Shown one piece after another: positions 20,262-29,920 of a stretch of 64,000 nucleotides of DNA. The stretch is from a candidate division FCPU426 bacterium (GTDB lineage Bacteria > Oederibacteriota > Muellerivitia > Muellerivitales > Muellerivitaceae). The translations under genes were made by a program, and so were the position numbers. The DNA lies in assembly GCA_963771075.1 (NCBI GenBank), contig CAVYSE010000025.1, positions 32,001 through 96,000 of the forward strand, written 5' to 3'. Within the stretch, counting starts at the first letter, position 1, and each line of letters starts with the position of its first letter. The notes below the pieces were generated by a model that saw only the letters and a program-made list of their open reading frames with translations, was not told where the DNA came from and searched no databases.

Positions 20262-22331
20262 TCAAGGCGCTTTTACTTTCAAGGTACCTACTTGCGCAAA
20301 ACGGGGATCCCCGTCCAGCTTGATTCCCCTGGTCATGGGCCAAAAATCACTTCCATTCTTTCCCGTATCCAAGCTGAATTGCACCAACGATTGGCCCGCC
20401 CCACGGCCCATGAATTTTTCCAGGTTTTGGGCCGAAGCCCTTTCATAAAATTCCTTGCGGAACGACTCATGCCCTTCATGGATCTCGGGAAGAGTTTTTT
20501 GCAGGGCCACGACCATCCGGTAATTCCCCGGCGGGAAATCGGAGGGGATCATCAGTACCCTTTCCTCGTCATATACCCGGCCAGGCATTAAACGCGTAAA
20601 GGAGTAAAGAGGCGGATCGTGTATATCATGAAGCCAGAAAACCCCGTCCTTGAGAGGGTAGTTTCCCTTTTCGTCCAGGAAAAGGACCATGACCTGGCTT
20701 GTCCCATCCTCGCCTCCCGGTCCCCGGCGGGCCCAAAGGTAATGAAGGGTGAGGATGTCTCCCGCGGCCAATTCGGATGGGATCAATTCCACTTTCCTTA
20801 ACTCCACTTCGTTCCAGGCGGCCAGGGTGGGTTCTTTGGTCAGGGGGAGGATGGAAAGACCTGGAATGTTACCCGGCGCGACCCGGTAAAGGGGTCCCCA
20901 AGTCTCGAATGAAAAACCCGGAGGAAGGGGGTATTGCCGGGTCACGAAAAACTTCCGTCCCACACCAAGGGCATAATGGATGAGCGGGGCGATCTCGGAG
21001 GGCGGGGTTCCGGGTTCGATCAATTCCACGCCTTTATGAAACCCATAGGATTGCTGGTAGCCCGCCAGGGGGAAATACTCATTTTCCTCGCTGGGGTAAT
21101 AGAGGGCGTCCTTGCCCATGAGGGTCAATAGGTTGCGTGCGTAGTCCTCGGCGCTCCGGTCCATCTTGCGGTCCACGAGATGGCTGATGGAGAGTACCTG
21201 CGTGACCCCCCCCGCCAGAAGGTACAGCACAATCCATTTGGTTAAACGCGGGCGATTGTAGCGTCCAATCTCACGGGAAATTGCCCCTAATCCGTAAGCG
21301 GCCAACAAGCCCGAAACCGCCCAACTAAAGATAACCTGGTGGGATTCAAAAGTGGGAAATGGAATGGTGAAAACGAAAAGTGTCTCCAGGGCCGCCCATC
21401 CCATCGCGACAAACAAAAAGGCCGGCACCCGGTTTCGCAGGATGAGGACCGCGAAGAACCCCGTCACCGCCAGGACCACCCCAAAGGGCGTCAATTCATT
21501 CCAGTAATGGCCTGCCATTTGGCTCAAGACGGTCCAAACGTTCGCCGCCGAAACGGCTCCCACATAGTTGGAAAACTTCAGCGCCAGGACATGGCGGACG
21601 AAGGGGGCCCAATGGGTCAGGTCGGCAAAGGCAACGGAAGGTTTCAGGGCCGAGCGCAATGGCAGGTAGAGGGCGTTACTCCAACCTAAAATAAAGCAGG
21701 AACCTCCCACCAAGAATCTCTTGGCCATCCTCTCTCCGGAATTCCGGCCTTTCCATAAAAGAAATATCCCGGCGAAGGGCAGGACGAAAAAAAGGGTGGG
21801 GCGAAAAACAATACCCGCTCCCAAAACAAACAGGAAAAGAATCTCGCCGCGCCGGGACCACTTGGAGTCCCCTTCCAGGTCCAAAATCCAAAGGAGGAAA
21901 AGCGCCAAAAACAGGTACAGGGAATAAACCAGGGGAACGAGCGAATAACGCCACCAGGGAAGGCTGAGGCTCCAAATCACCGTAAGGAGGCCCATCCACC
22001 CATGCGTGCCGCGACGGGGGGACAACCGGCAGGCCAACCGCCAGAAAACAAAGGAAGCCAGGGCGGAACATAAGGCGGACAGAAAACCCAGCCTCCAGGC
22101 CGGGGTGTAAAAGGGTAGCAGCATGAAGCACTTGCCCAGGAGGTGGAAAAGGACCTGGCCCGAAGGATGGGAAATCCCCAAACAAGCTGTGGCCCCCACC
22201 ATTTCCCCCGAGTCGTACCAGCCGATAAAGGGGGACACCAGGAAGCCATTGAGAAAAAGAAGGCTGGGAAAAAGGACCGCCGGAAGGAGTTTCCCCCCGC
22301 GGCCGGGCGCGCCCTGGGCGGGAAGGGTCAT
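20262..22331 (-). CDS. DUF2723 (TMEM260-like) membrane glycosyltransferase
   Basis: DSGEM....LGISHPSG motif, YLPLRS, many TM helices, C-terminal periplasmic domain. Confidence 0.85.
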   Translation of the reverse strand: MTLPAQGAPGRGGKLLPAVLFPSLLFLNGFLVSPFIGWYDSGEMVGATACLGISHPSGQVLFHLLGKCFMLLPFYTPAWRLGFLSALCSALASFVFWRLACRLSPRRGTHGWMGLLTVIWSLSLPWWRYSLVPLVYSLYLFLALFLLWILDLEGDSKWSRRGEILFLFVLGAGIVFRPTLFFVLPFAGIFLLWKGRNSGERMAKRFLVGGSCFILGWSNALYLPLRSALKPSVAFADLTHWAPFVRHVLALKFSNYVGAVSAANVWTVLSQMAGHYWNELTPFGVVLAVTGFFAVLILRNRVPAFLFVAMGWAALETLFVFTIPFPTFESHQVIFSWAVSGLLAAYGLGAISREIGRYNRPRLTKWIVLYLLAGGVTQVLSISHLVDRKMDRSAEDYARNLLTLMGKDALYYPSEENEYFPLAGYQQSYGFHKGVELIEPGTPPSEIAPLIHYALGVGRKFFVTRQYPLPPGFSFETWGPLYRVAPGNIPGLSILPLTKEPTLAAWNEVELRKVELIPSELAAGDILTLHYLWARRGPGGEDGTSQVMVLFLDEKGNYPLKDGVFWLHDIHDPPLYSFTRLMPGRVYDEERVLMIPSDFPPGNYRMVVALQKTLPEIHEGHESFRKEFYERASAQNLEKFMGRGAGQSLVQFSLDTGKNGSDFWPMTRGIKLDGDPRFAQVGTLKVKAP

Positions 22332-24310
22332 GGGGCCTTTTCAAGCCTCTCGATATTGGACTCCACCTGCCCGGAAGGGTCCTTGACCCCCAAACTTTTG
22401 AGCATGTCCTGTGCCGCTTGGTAGGCCAGGAGGGCCTCCGCCTTTTTACCGCATTTTTCCAATGCTTCTCCCTTGAAGAGATAAGCTTTCAGTGAATTGG
22501 GAAACTCATCGATGCACTTCTGGGCAGGGCCGATGGCCTCCCTCGGTCGGCCCAGTTGGAGCAAAAGCCAGGCCTGATTGGTATAAACCATGGGAAGGCG
22601 GGGGCCATTTTTAACAAGCTGGGTTTCCAGGTCCAAGGCCTCCTCTAAGTTGCCGCGATTGACCAGGCTATGGATCTGGTTATTGCGGAATTCATACTCA
22701 TAAGGCGAACAATCAATGGCCTTTTGGAAATCCTTTTGGGCCTCCAGAAAATGTTTTTCCCTTTCGGAGACCAGGTTGTTTTGTTTTGCCCGGGCGTCTT
22801 CGATAACGCCCAAAAGATTCCAGCTTTGCCCATAGTTGGACCTTAAATAAAGGGCTTTGTTCTCCGCGGCCTCGGCCTGGTCCCACTTCCCCGCTTGAAA
22901 AAGCGAGGAAGCCTGCCGGTCCAACCTTCCCGCCGAATAATCGCGGTAGCTTCCCACGCCCAGGCTCCAAAACAGGAAAACCAATAGGATGGCGCTCCCC
23001 GCCAGGAAAGCCCGGAGGGAAAACCGAAATTCCGCCCGTAAATCCTCGGGTTCAGGCTTCTCGATCAAAGCGTAGGTCACGACCCCGAATACCACCAGAC
23101 GGTGGGACCATTCATGGAATGTGAAATCCACGAAATTGTGGGCGCACTCAAAAAGCATCAGATAAAAAGCCGTTTCCGCCGCGCGGGCGGTCGTGGACAA
23201 GGGTTGAAAAGCGCCGGTGTTCCGGACCCGGTCCCAAAAGCGCCGGATGACCGCCCAGAGGAACAACACAGTAAATCCCAAGGCCGGCCAGCCGCACTCC
23301 GCGGCCACCTGCAGGTACTCATTGTGGGCTGCGGGTGTGGTGGTGTTCCAAAGAAATTCGGGCCGGAATGAGGCGTAAACGGTTTGAAAGGTGCCGGGGC
23401 CGAATCCCCAAAGGGGCTGTTCCACGGCCATTTGCCATCCCGCGGACCAGAGGTCGAAGCGGAAAAAAGCCCTCGGGTCCATTTCCTGGGCGTTTAGTAA
23501 GCGATTGATCATCGAATAAACGCAAAAGGCCAGAAAAACGATGAAAAGGCCGAATAAGATCCAATGGCGGCTGTCCCACCCGTGCATCCGATCCTCGATC
23601 TCCTCCATGTGAAGGAGGCAAAACAGGACAACCACCAAAACCATCGCCACCAGGGAGCCCCGGCTTTCGGTCAACCCCCAAGCCAGCAGCAAAAGACACA
23701 AGGATAAGAAGGAAACTTTCCCACCCCGTATTTTTTTCAAGGTAAACCAGATGAGGGCGGCTCCCAGGAATCCTGCGGCGATATTTTGGTTTGGGAAAAG
23801 GCCTTCCCTTGGATAAATAAAATCGAACCGGCCGGCAAACAAGTCATGGAGCCCCGTGGACCCGATCAGATCGATCCCGGCCAGAAGGGCGGTCCAGAAA
23901 AAGAACTTCTCGAACCAATCCCAAATCCCAGGCCAGAATTTCCACATCGCCCGGAGGGAGTACCACCAAAGCAAAAGACAGAGGTAACTCTTAAACGCGT
24001 AAAAACTGTCAAAAGCCTGTTTGGAATTCTTGACCGAAAGGAGAACCCACCCCGATAAAAGCATCAAAAGGAAGTCGGGCAGGTCCAAAACCAAAAGGGA
24101 ACGGTTTTCTTGCCGGGCCCAGGAAGCCCCCAGGCAAAGGAAAAAAACAGCCAACGTGACCCAACGAATGGCACCGTCCTCCAAAGACCATGCCGGCACC
24201 GAGGTCAACGGCAAAAGGGTCACGAGGGGAATAAGGGCCAGGAATAAGATACCAACCAGTCGGCCGGTCAGGTCCGCGGCAAAGGTCGGGTGGGTCGGGG
24301 TGGTTCTCAT
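22328..24310 (-). CDS. O-antigen ligase (Wzy_C)-family protein with C-terminal TPRs
   Basis: FPNQN..AGFL, LTESRG, R..LW, PLWGFGPGTF, AHNEYLQ..AE.G; TPR tail. Confidence 0.87.
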   Translation of the reverse strand: MRTTPTHPTFAADLTGRLVGILFLALIPLVTLLPLTSVPAWSLEDGAIRWVTLAVFFLCLGASWARQENRSLLVLDLPDFLLMLLSGWVLLSVKNSKQAFDSFYAFKSYLCLLLWWYSLRAMWKFWPGIWDWFEKFFFWTALLAGIDLIGSTGLHDLFAGRFDFIYPREGLFPNQNIAAGFLGAALIWFTLKKIRGGKVSFLSLCLLLLAWGLTESRGSLVAMVLVVVLFCLLHMEEIEDRMHGWDSRHWILFGLFIVFLAFCVYSMINRLLNAQEMDPRAFFRFDLWSAGWQMAVEQPLWGFGPGTFQTVYASFRPEFLWNTTTPAAHNEYLQVAAECGWPALGFTVLFLWAVIRRFWDRVRNTGAFQPLSTTARAAETAFYLMLFECAHNFVDFTFHEWSHRLVVFGVVTYALIEKPEPEDLRAEFRFSLRAFLAGSAILLVFLFWSLGVGSYRDYSAGRLDRQASSLFQAGKWDQAEAAENKALYLRSNYGQSWNLLGVIEDARAKQNNLVSEREKHFLEAQKDFQKAIDCSPYEYEFRNNQIHSLVNRGNLEEALDLETQLVKNGPRLPMVYTNQAWLLLQLGRPREAIGPAQKCIDEFPNSLKAYLFKGEALEKCGKKAEALLAYQAAQDMLKSLGVKDPSGQVESNIERLEKAP

Positions 24311-24393
24311 GGATCGTTCAGGCCTTCAGGATTTGGTCACAAGGTCATTCTACTTCTTTCAGGAAAGGAGTCCACCCGGGAAAGACGCTCCTT

Positions 24394-25554
24394 TTATCGT
24401 CCCTGTTTGCCCTTGATAACCTCCTGATAGAGGGACTCGATTTGGGCCAACATTTCCTTGATCAGGTAGCTGCCCTTCAAACCCTTTCGGCCCTCCTGTC
24501 CCAGCCTCATTCCCAATTCCCGGTCGTTCAATATCCGGGAAAGGCTGTGGGCCATGCCCAGGACATCATGGGGCGGGTGAAGGAACCCTGATTGGCCGTC
24601 CCGCACGGCCTCGGGCGTGCCCGAGACATTGGTGGCAACCACAGGTTTTCCCGCCGCCATCGCTTGGAGTACCACCCGAGGCAATCCTTCATAAAGAGAG
24701 GTGAGCAGGAGGACGTCGGTGGCGGCCAACAGCTTCGCGACATCTTCTTTCCACCCCAACAAACGAAAATGGTTTTTCAGGCCGCGTTGCTCGATCTCCC
24801 TTTCCACTTTTTTCCGGAGGGGACCGTCCCCGGCCCAAAGCAGTAGAAATTCAGGGCAAAGGGTTTTGAGAACTGTCGCGGTTCGGACCACGTCCAGGGG
24901 GGATTTTTGATTTTTGAAGTTGGAGAGCACCAGGACCGCAAGCCGTTGGGCGGTACCATATTGATGTCGAGCGTCCTTCGTTCCCGATAAGGATAGGTGG
25001 TAAGCCCTTGGATCTATCCCGCTGTGGATGACCCGATATTGACTCTCTTTCCCCACACCCGCCGCCAGCCCAGTCCGGCGATTCTCATCGCTGACCGTGA
25101 TAATCCGATCGGTCAACAAAGCGGCCTGTCTTTCAAGAAATTGGTAGAATCCCCGAATTGGGGGGAATTGGCTGGGGTGAAAACCCCAGCCATGGACCGT
25201 ATGAACGACGTGGGGCACCCCCGCGGCTCGCGCCGCGAACCGGCCCAGGATGCCCGCCTTGGAACTGTGGGTATGGACCAAATCCACCTTTTCATCCCGC
25301 AAAACGCGCCGGAGGGCGCCATAGGCTTTCCAGTCCCAGGCGGGGGAAAGGGGATGCTTCAGTTCGGTCAAAAAATACACCTTCACGCCCGTGAGCTTGC
25401 GGGCTTCCTTATCGAGGAACCCACCCACTCCCGTCAGGAGTAGCACCTCGTATTTTTTCCGGTCGTGGTGGGCGCAACAATAGAGGGTGTTTTGCTGGGC
25501 GCCACCCAAATCCAGCCGGGTGATGAGATGGGCGATTTTAAGGCGGCGTGCCAT
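24394..25554 (-). CDS. Glycosyltransferase family 4
   Basis: GGAQ, VHTHSSKAG, HTVHG, EGLPRVVLQAMAAGKPVVAT. Confidence 0.92.
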   Translation of the reverse strand: MARRLKIAHLITRLDLGGAQQNTLYCCAHHDRKKYEVLLLTGVGGFLDKEARKLTGVKVYFLTELKHPLSPAWDWKAYGALRRVLRDEKVDLVHTHSSKAGILGRFAARAAGVPHVVHTVHGWGFHPSQFPPIRGFYQFLERQAALLTDRIITVSDENRRTGLAAGVGKESQYRVIHSGIDPRAYHLSLSGTKDARHQYGTAQRLAVLVLSNFKNQKSPLDVVRTATVLKTLCPEFLLLWAGDGPLRKKVEREIEQRGLKNHFRLLGWKEDVAKLLAATDVLLLTSLYEGLPRVVLQAMAAGKPVVATNVSGTPEAVRDGQSGFLHPPHDVLGMAHSLSRILNDRELGMRLGQEGRKGLKGSYLIKEMLAQIESLYQEVIKGKQGR

Positions 25555-26729
25555 CAGGGAGACTCAGGGCGCGTCAAGAGGCGCCTCAGGTGTCTCGGCG
25601 GGGGCTTCGTCTTGGGGCTTCTTGGGTTCCCCTTTTTCTTGGCCGACTCCGCCTTGCGGGCCGCCTTTTTGGCCTGCTTCTCGTCCGCTTGGGCGGCCTC
25701 GATCGCGGCATGGTCCACGCCCGTGATGGGCTGGATCTGGGCCTTGATAGCCTGTTCCTCGTCCTCGGCTTCAACATATTTTTTCAGCCAATCCCACTCC
25801 CGGGCCAGGCCTTCCCTTAAAGGCGTGTGGGGCTTCAAACCAAAAATCTTCTCGAGTTTCACCGTATCCGCGCGGGTGGAAATAACATCGCCCTTCTGCC
25901 GCTCCAGATAGGTTTTGGGGCACATCTTGCCGCTGATCTCTTCCAGTATCGCGACAGCTTCCATAAGGGTACAGGGGGACCCTCCGCCCACATTGACCAC
26001 CTGTCCCACCGCCTCTGGGTTTGTCAGCGAGGCGGCGATGATTTCCACCACGTCGTCCACGTAAGTGAAATCCCTCACCTGTTTTCCATCGCCATAGACC
26101 GTGAGGGCTGCGTCATGCAGGATGCTGTGACAGAAACGGTTGAAAGCCATGTCCGGCCTTTGGCCCGGGCCGTAAACGGAGAAAAAACGAAGGGAAACGG
26201 TAGGCACCTTGTATTCCTGGTGGTAGAGCTGGCAGAGGTTCTCGGCGGCCAGCTTGGTCACACCATAGGGACTGCGGGGTTTGCAGGCTATTTCCTCATG
26301 AAGGACGGCGGTTACCTCCCCGGAGGCCGGGGCGATATCGCCATACACGGAGGAGGAGGAGGCGTACACGAACCGCTTGAGCTTGTTGCTTTTGGATTCC
26401 TCCAAAAGCCGTTGGGTGACCTGCAGGTTGTTGGTGACATAGCGGTGAAAGGAGGCTCCCCAAGAACCCCGGACCCCGGGCTGGCCCGCCAGGTGGACCA
26501 CCGCCTCCGTGCCCTTCAGGACCTTGACCAAGGCCATGGTCGCCAGGTTGTCCTCCACCAGTTTGAACTGGGGATGCAGGAGGGTCTGGTAGAGATTCTT
26601 CTCTTTTTGGGCGCGGGAATAGTAAACGTCGAAATTGTCCACGCCCGTGATTTCATGGCCTTCTTTCAAGAGCCGGTCGACCAGGTGGGACCCGATGAAA
26701 CCCGCGCAGCCTGTCACTAAAATCTTCAT
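25554..26729 (-). CDS. NAD-dependent sugar epimerase/dehydratase (UDP-glucuronate/UDP-glucose 4-epimerase-like) with Lys/Ala-rich tail
   Basis: TGCAGFIG, HLAGQPGVR, ASSSSVYG, YGVTK, RPDMAF. Confidence 0.92.
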   Translation of the reverse strand: MKILVTGCAGFIGSHLVDRLLKEGHEITGVDNFDVYYSRAQKEKNLYQTLLHPQFKLVEDNLATMALVKVLKGTEAVVHLAGQPGVRGSWGASFHRYVTNNLQVTQRLLEESKSNKLKRFVYASSSSVYGDIAPASGEVTAVLHEEIACKPRSPYGVTKLAAENLCQLYHQEYKVPTVSLRFFSVYGPGQRPDMAFNRFCHSILHDAALTVYGDGKQVRDFTYVDDVVEIIAASLTNPEAVGQVVNVGGGSPCTLMEAVAILEEISGKMCPKTYLERQKGDVISTRADTVKLEKIFGLKPHTPLREGLAREWDWLKKYVEAEDEEQAIKAQIQPITGVDHAAIEAAQADEKQAKKAARKAESAKKKGNPRSPKTKPPPRHLRRLLTRPESP

Positions 26730-26801
26730 TTCGCGTGATGCTCCTTATCAAGAGTTTATTTTAAGAGTCAAAAGCCCGAAAGACGATCCTCCCGGGGCCG
26801 T

Positions 26802-27995
26802 TTAGAACGCCGCTTCCGACAATACCACCATCCTCAGATACTCGGTTTCGGGAACCCCCAAAAGAATGGGATGATCTTGCGGTTGGGAGACACGCTCCAC
26901 CAGGCGGAAGGACCTGCCGCTTTTCTCGATCGACTCCCGCAACACCCCTTCCAAAACGTTCCAGGGAAAATGATGGGAACAGGTGGCCACGATCAAAAAA
27001 CCGGCCGGGTTTAAGATTTCCATGGAAAGGGAGACGAGACGGATCAGGGCCAACCTGCCCTCGGGAATTTCATGGACGCTCTTGGCTAGGGGCGGGGGGT
27101 CCAAAAGGATCCCGTCAAATCTCTCGCCCGTCTTGCGTAGTTCCCGCAAATCCTTGAAGCTATCGCCCTTTTCAAAACGGGTCTTTCCCTCCACGCCGTT
27201 CGCCCTCGCGTTCTCCCGAGCCTCCTCCACCGCTTGCTGGGAGGATTCCAAACCCAGCACTTCCCTAGCCCCCCCGAGGGCGGCCAGGATGGAAGCGGCT
27301 CCCGTGTAACAGAACGCGTCCAGGACCCTTTTACTTTTTGATAGATCAGCGAATCTCTTCCTTCCCTCCCGGAAGTCCAGGTAGAACCCGCTCTTTTGTC
27401 CCTGGTCGGGACGAACCCGGAAAGTCGCTTTCCCCTCCTTGAAGGAAACTGGAAAGGTCCCAGGCTCCGTCAGCCATTCCTGGACTTCGGGCATGCCTTC
27501 CTTCTGGCAAGTTTCCCCCACACTCTTTTCGTAAACGAAAGGAAACCCTTGTTGAACCAGCGTATCCCTGACCGTTGGAAGGAAGGGTTTCAATCCCAGG
27601 CTGAAGCAGGAAAGCACGGCGGTCTTTCCAAAGCCGTCCACGATCAATCCCGGCAACCCATCTCCCTCCCCGAAAATCAGCCGGGCGCCATTGGTTTCGC
27701 CCGACGCGAGGAGGGGTCTCCGGAGGGCGATGGCTTCTTCCACGCGGGAGCGGATCAGGGCCTCATCCACCTCGGTTTTGAAATCCCGGGTCAGTAGACG
27801 GATAAGGATCTTAGAGGAAGGATTGGCTACGCCCCGGCCCAAGGGGATACCCTTGGAAGACATCACTTCCACCAGGTTCCCGGGCGAGAGGCTTTGGGGT
27901 GACTTTTCCACCTCGTTGGCGAAAACCCATGGGTGGCCCGTCAGGAGACGGTCTTCCTCCTTGGGTTTTAGTTTGACGCGGATGTAAACTGACAA
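26802..27995 (-). CDS. rlmI: Class I SAM-dependent rRNA methyltransferase, RlmI (m5C1962) family
   Basis: PUA GHPWVF, EGDGLPGLIVD, GQKSGFYLD, VLDAFCYTG, LDPP, TCS, HP..ETEYL. Confidence 0.85.
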   Translation of the reverse strand: MSVYIRVKLKPKEEDRLLTGHPWVFANEVEKSPQSLSPGNLVEVMSSKGIPLGRGVANPSSKILIRLLTRDFKTEVDEALIRSRVEEAIALRRPLLASGETNGARLIFGEGDGLPGLIVDGFGKTAVLSCFSLGLKPFLPTVRDTLVQQGFPFVYEKSVGETCQKEGMPEVQEWLTEPGTFPVSFKEGKATFRVRPDQGQKSGFYLDFREGRKRFADLSKSKRVLDAFCYTGAASILAALGGAREVLGLESSQQAVEEARENARANGVEGKTRFEKGDSFKDLRELRKTGERFDGILLDPPPLAKSVHEIPEGRLALIRLVSLSMEILNPAGFLIVATCSHHFPWNVLEGVLRESIEKSGRSFRLVERVSQPQDHPILLGVPETEYLRMVVLSEAAF

Positions 27996-28046
27996 AGGGT
28001 CCTCTTTCAGGGGATCAACGGGTCGAACTCCCCCGGGGGATAAAGA

Positions 28047-28616
28047 CTAGAATTTGAGGGTGAAGGCGGTTTGAGTCGGGCGGAAGGATTGAGCCAACTG
28101 AAGACGTACGGGGTCTTGAAGCCAGGCCTGGTTGGAACGCAAAAATTCGGTCTGGGCCCTTTGGTCCACCTCATAATCGTGGGGCATGATCAGGGTCCCC
28201 GCTACGATTCCCGCGCACAAGCCCAGAGCGCCCCCGATGAACATATTCGCGGTATAGGATCCGTCGCCGGCAGGGGTCAACTCATTTGCGGCGAAAAGAC
28301 CCAGTCCCAAACCGACCGCCCCGGATAAGATGATTTCGATCGAACGGGCGTCATTATTGACGCTGGGCCCCCGATCATGATTGTCCATTTGCCGGTATTC
28401 CTTGGCCTTGGAATCCCGGTCCAAGTCCCCCGCCCAGTCAAAAAGACCAAAGTGGTCGGGCCGGGTCTTGACCTCGTTGGGATCGTTGTTGCCGTTGTCA
28501 TCCTCCCAGAAAAGGGCGTGAGCCTTCGGAACCAGGGCCGGAATAAAAAGTCCCGATAAACACAGGGAGCAAAAGAGGATAAGGGCGGATTGGATCGTTG
28601 AACGTTTTAAAATCAT
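28047..28616 (-). CDS. Hypothetical exported/membrane protein; probably leaderless
   Basis: Signal peptide (AHA), Gly-rich TM pair, terminal F; TATAAT-N6-ATG upstream. Confidence 0.75.
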   Translation of the reverse strand: MILKRSTIQSALILFCSLCLSGLFIPALVPKAHALFWEDDNGNNDPNEVKTRPDHFGLFDWAGDLDRDSKAKEYRQMDNHDRGPSVNNDARSIEIILSGAVGLGLGLFAANELTPAGDGSYTANMFIGGALGLCAGIVAGTLIMPHDYEVDQRAQTEFLRSNQAWLQDPVRLQLAQSFRPTQTAFTLKF

Positions 28617-28666
28617 TCGAAAATTATACCTGCAATCGTTTTGAAGAAAAGAATAAAAACCTCGGC

Positions 28667-29821
28667 TTAAATCGAACCGGAGGAAACCCCCGTACGGGGG
28701 GCAAGCAAATCCTTTCCCTGGGGTTTTAGAATGATGCCTCCCCCCAGGACCCCATCCCCCTCATAAAAAACAGCGGATTGCCCCGGTGTCACCGCCCGGG
28801 CCGGGTCTTGGAGCACAACCCTGAATTTTTCCTCCACCTCGGGATGTAGGACCGCCGGCTGTTCCTGGGATCGGTAGCGGATCTTGACCATCACTTTTCG
28901 GGGTGACGTAATGGGCTCCCAAGCGACCCAATTCATCTCGCCCACTTCAAACTCCTTCACCAGGGTATCCGCGTCCCTGCCCACCACCACCGTCGCGTTC
29001 TCGGGGATAAGTTCCACAACGAAATAGGGCCCGCCCGACAAGGCCATGCCCTTGCGCTGGCCGATGGTGTATCCCGCGACGCCCTCATGTTGCCCGAGTA
29101 TGTTCCCTTGAACATCAATGATGTTGCCGGGAACAAAGGCCCGGGGCCGGTGGATTTTCACGAAGTCCCGGTAGCTTTTTTGGGTGACAAAGCAAATTTC
29201 CATGCTTTCGGGTTTCTCGGAGATGTTAAGCCCGAGGGACCGGGCTTTTTCACGCACCTGGGTTTTGGTGATTTCCCCCAAGGGGAACAAAAGATGTTCC
29301 AAAAGTCTTTGGCTGAGTTTATAGAGGACGTAGCTTTGGTCCTTGTCAGGGTCGGCGGCCTTGCGGATGCGCCAACGGCCGGTGGAAGGGTCCCGGTCCA
29401 AACGGGCGTAATGGCCTGTGGCCAATTTTTCACATCCCAAACTCAAGGCTTGTTTGAGAAGAAGGGGCAGTTTGGCGAACCGGTTGCATTCCACGCATGG
29501 GTTGGGGGTCAGTCCCTGCTCATACTCGTCCAAAAAACGGTCTACCACCTTGGCGCGGAAAACATCCAATCCCTCGTTCACGTAATGAGGGGCTCCCAGC
29601 TTTAGGGCCACGTTCCGGGCGTCTTGGATATCCTCCACCGAACAGCAGCGTTGGCCCTTGGGTTCCACCGTTTTCACGCTCACGGCCCCATTTTCCCCGG
29701 GCGTGATCTCACAGGGTAATATCTTGAGGGTCAGGCCCATGACCTCGTGGCCTTGTTCCTTCAATAACCCCAACACGGTGGAGGAATCGACACCTCCGCT
29801 CATGGCCACTCCGATTTTCAA
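28667..29821 (-). CDS. mnmA: tRNA-specific 2-thiouridylase MnmA
   Basis: AMSGGVDS, TPNPCVECN, ATGHYA, KDQSYVL, EICF, YTIGQRKG, TPGQSAVFY; TTG start after GGAG. Confidence 0.96.
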   Translation of the reverse strand: MKIGVAMSGGVDSSTVLGLLKEQGHEVMGLTLKILPCEITPGENGAVSVKTVEPKGQRCCSVEDIQDARNVALKLGAPHYVNEGLDVFRAKVVDRFLDEYEQGLTPNPCVECNRFAKLPLLLKQALSLGCEKLATGHYARLDRDPSTGRWRIRKAADPDKDQSYVLYKLSQRLLEHLLFPLGEITKTQVREKARSLGLNISEKPESMEICFVTQKSYRDFVKIHRPRAFVPGNIIDVQGNILGQHEGVAGYTIGQRKGMALSGGPYFVVELIPENATVVVGRDADTLVKEFEVGEMNWVAWEPITSPRKVMVKIRYRSQEQPAVLHPEVEEKFRVVLQDPARAVTPGQSAVFYEGDGVLGGGIILKPQGKDLLAPRTGVSSGSI

Positions 29822-29840
29822 TTTCAATCTCCATATTTTC

Positions 29841-29920
29841 ACCACAGAGGCACAGAAACCACACTTTTTAAATTCGACGTCTAATCCTTTGCTAATTCTG
29901 GTTCTCTGTGGCTCCGTGGT
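29841..29920. repeat. Inverted-repeat element filling the csd-mnmA spacer
   Basis: ACCACAGAGGCACAGA-AACCA vs reverse complement of 29899-29920, ACCACGGAGCCACAGAGAACCA (19/22). Confidence 0.8.
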
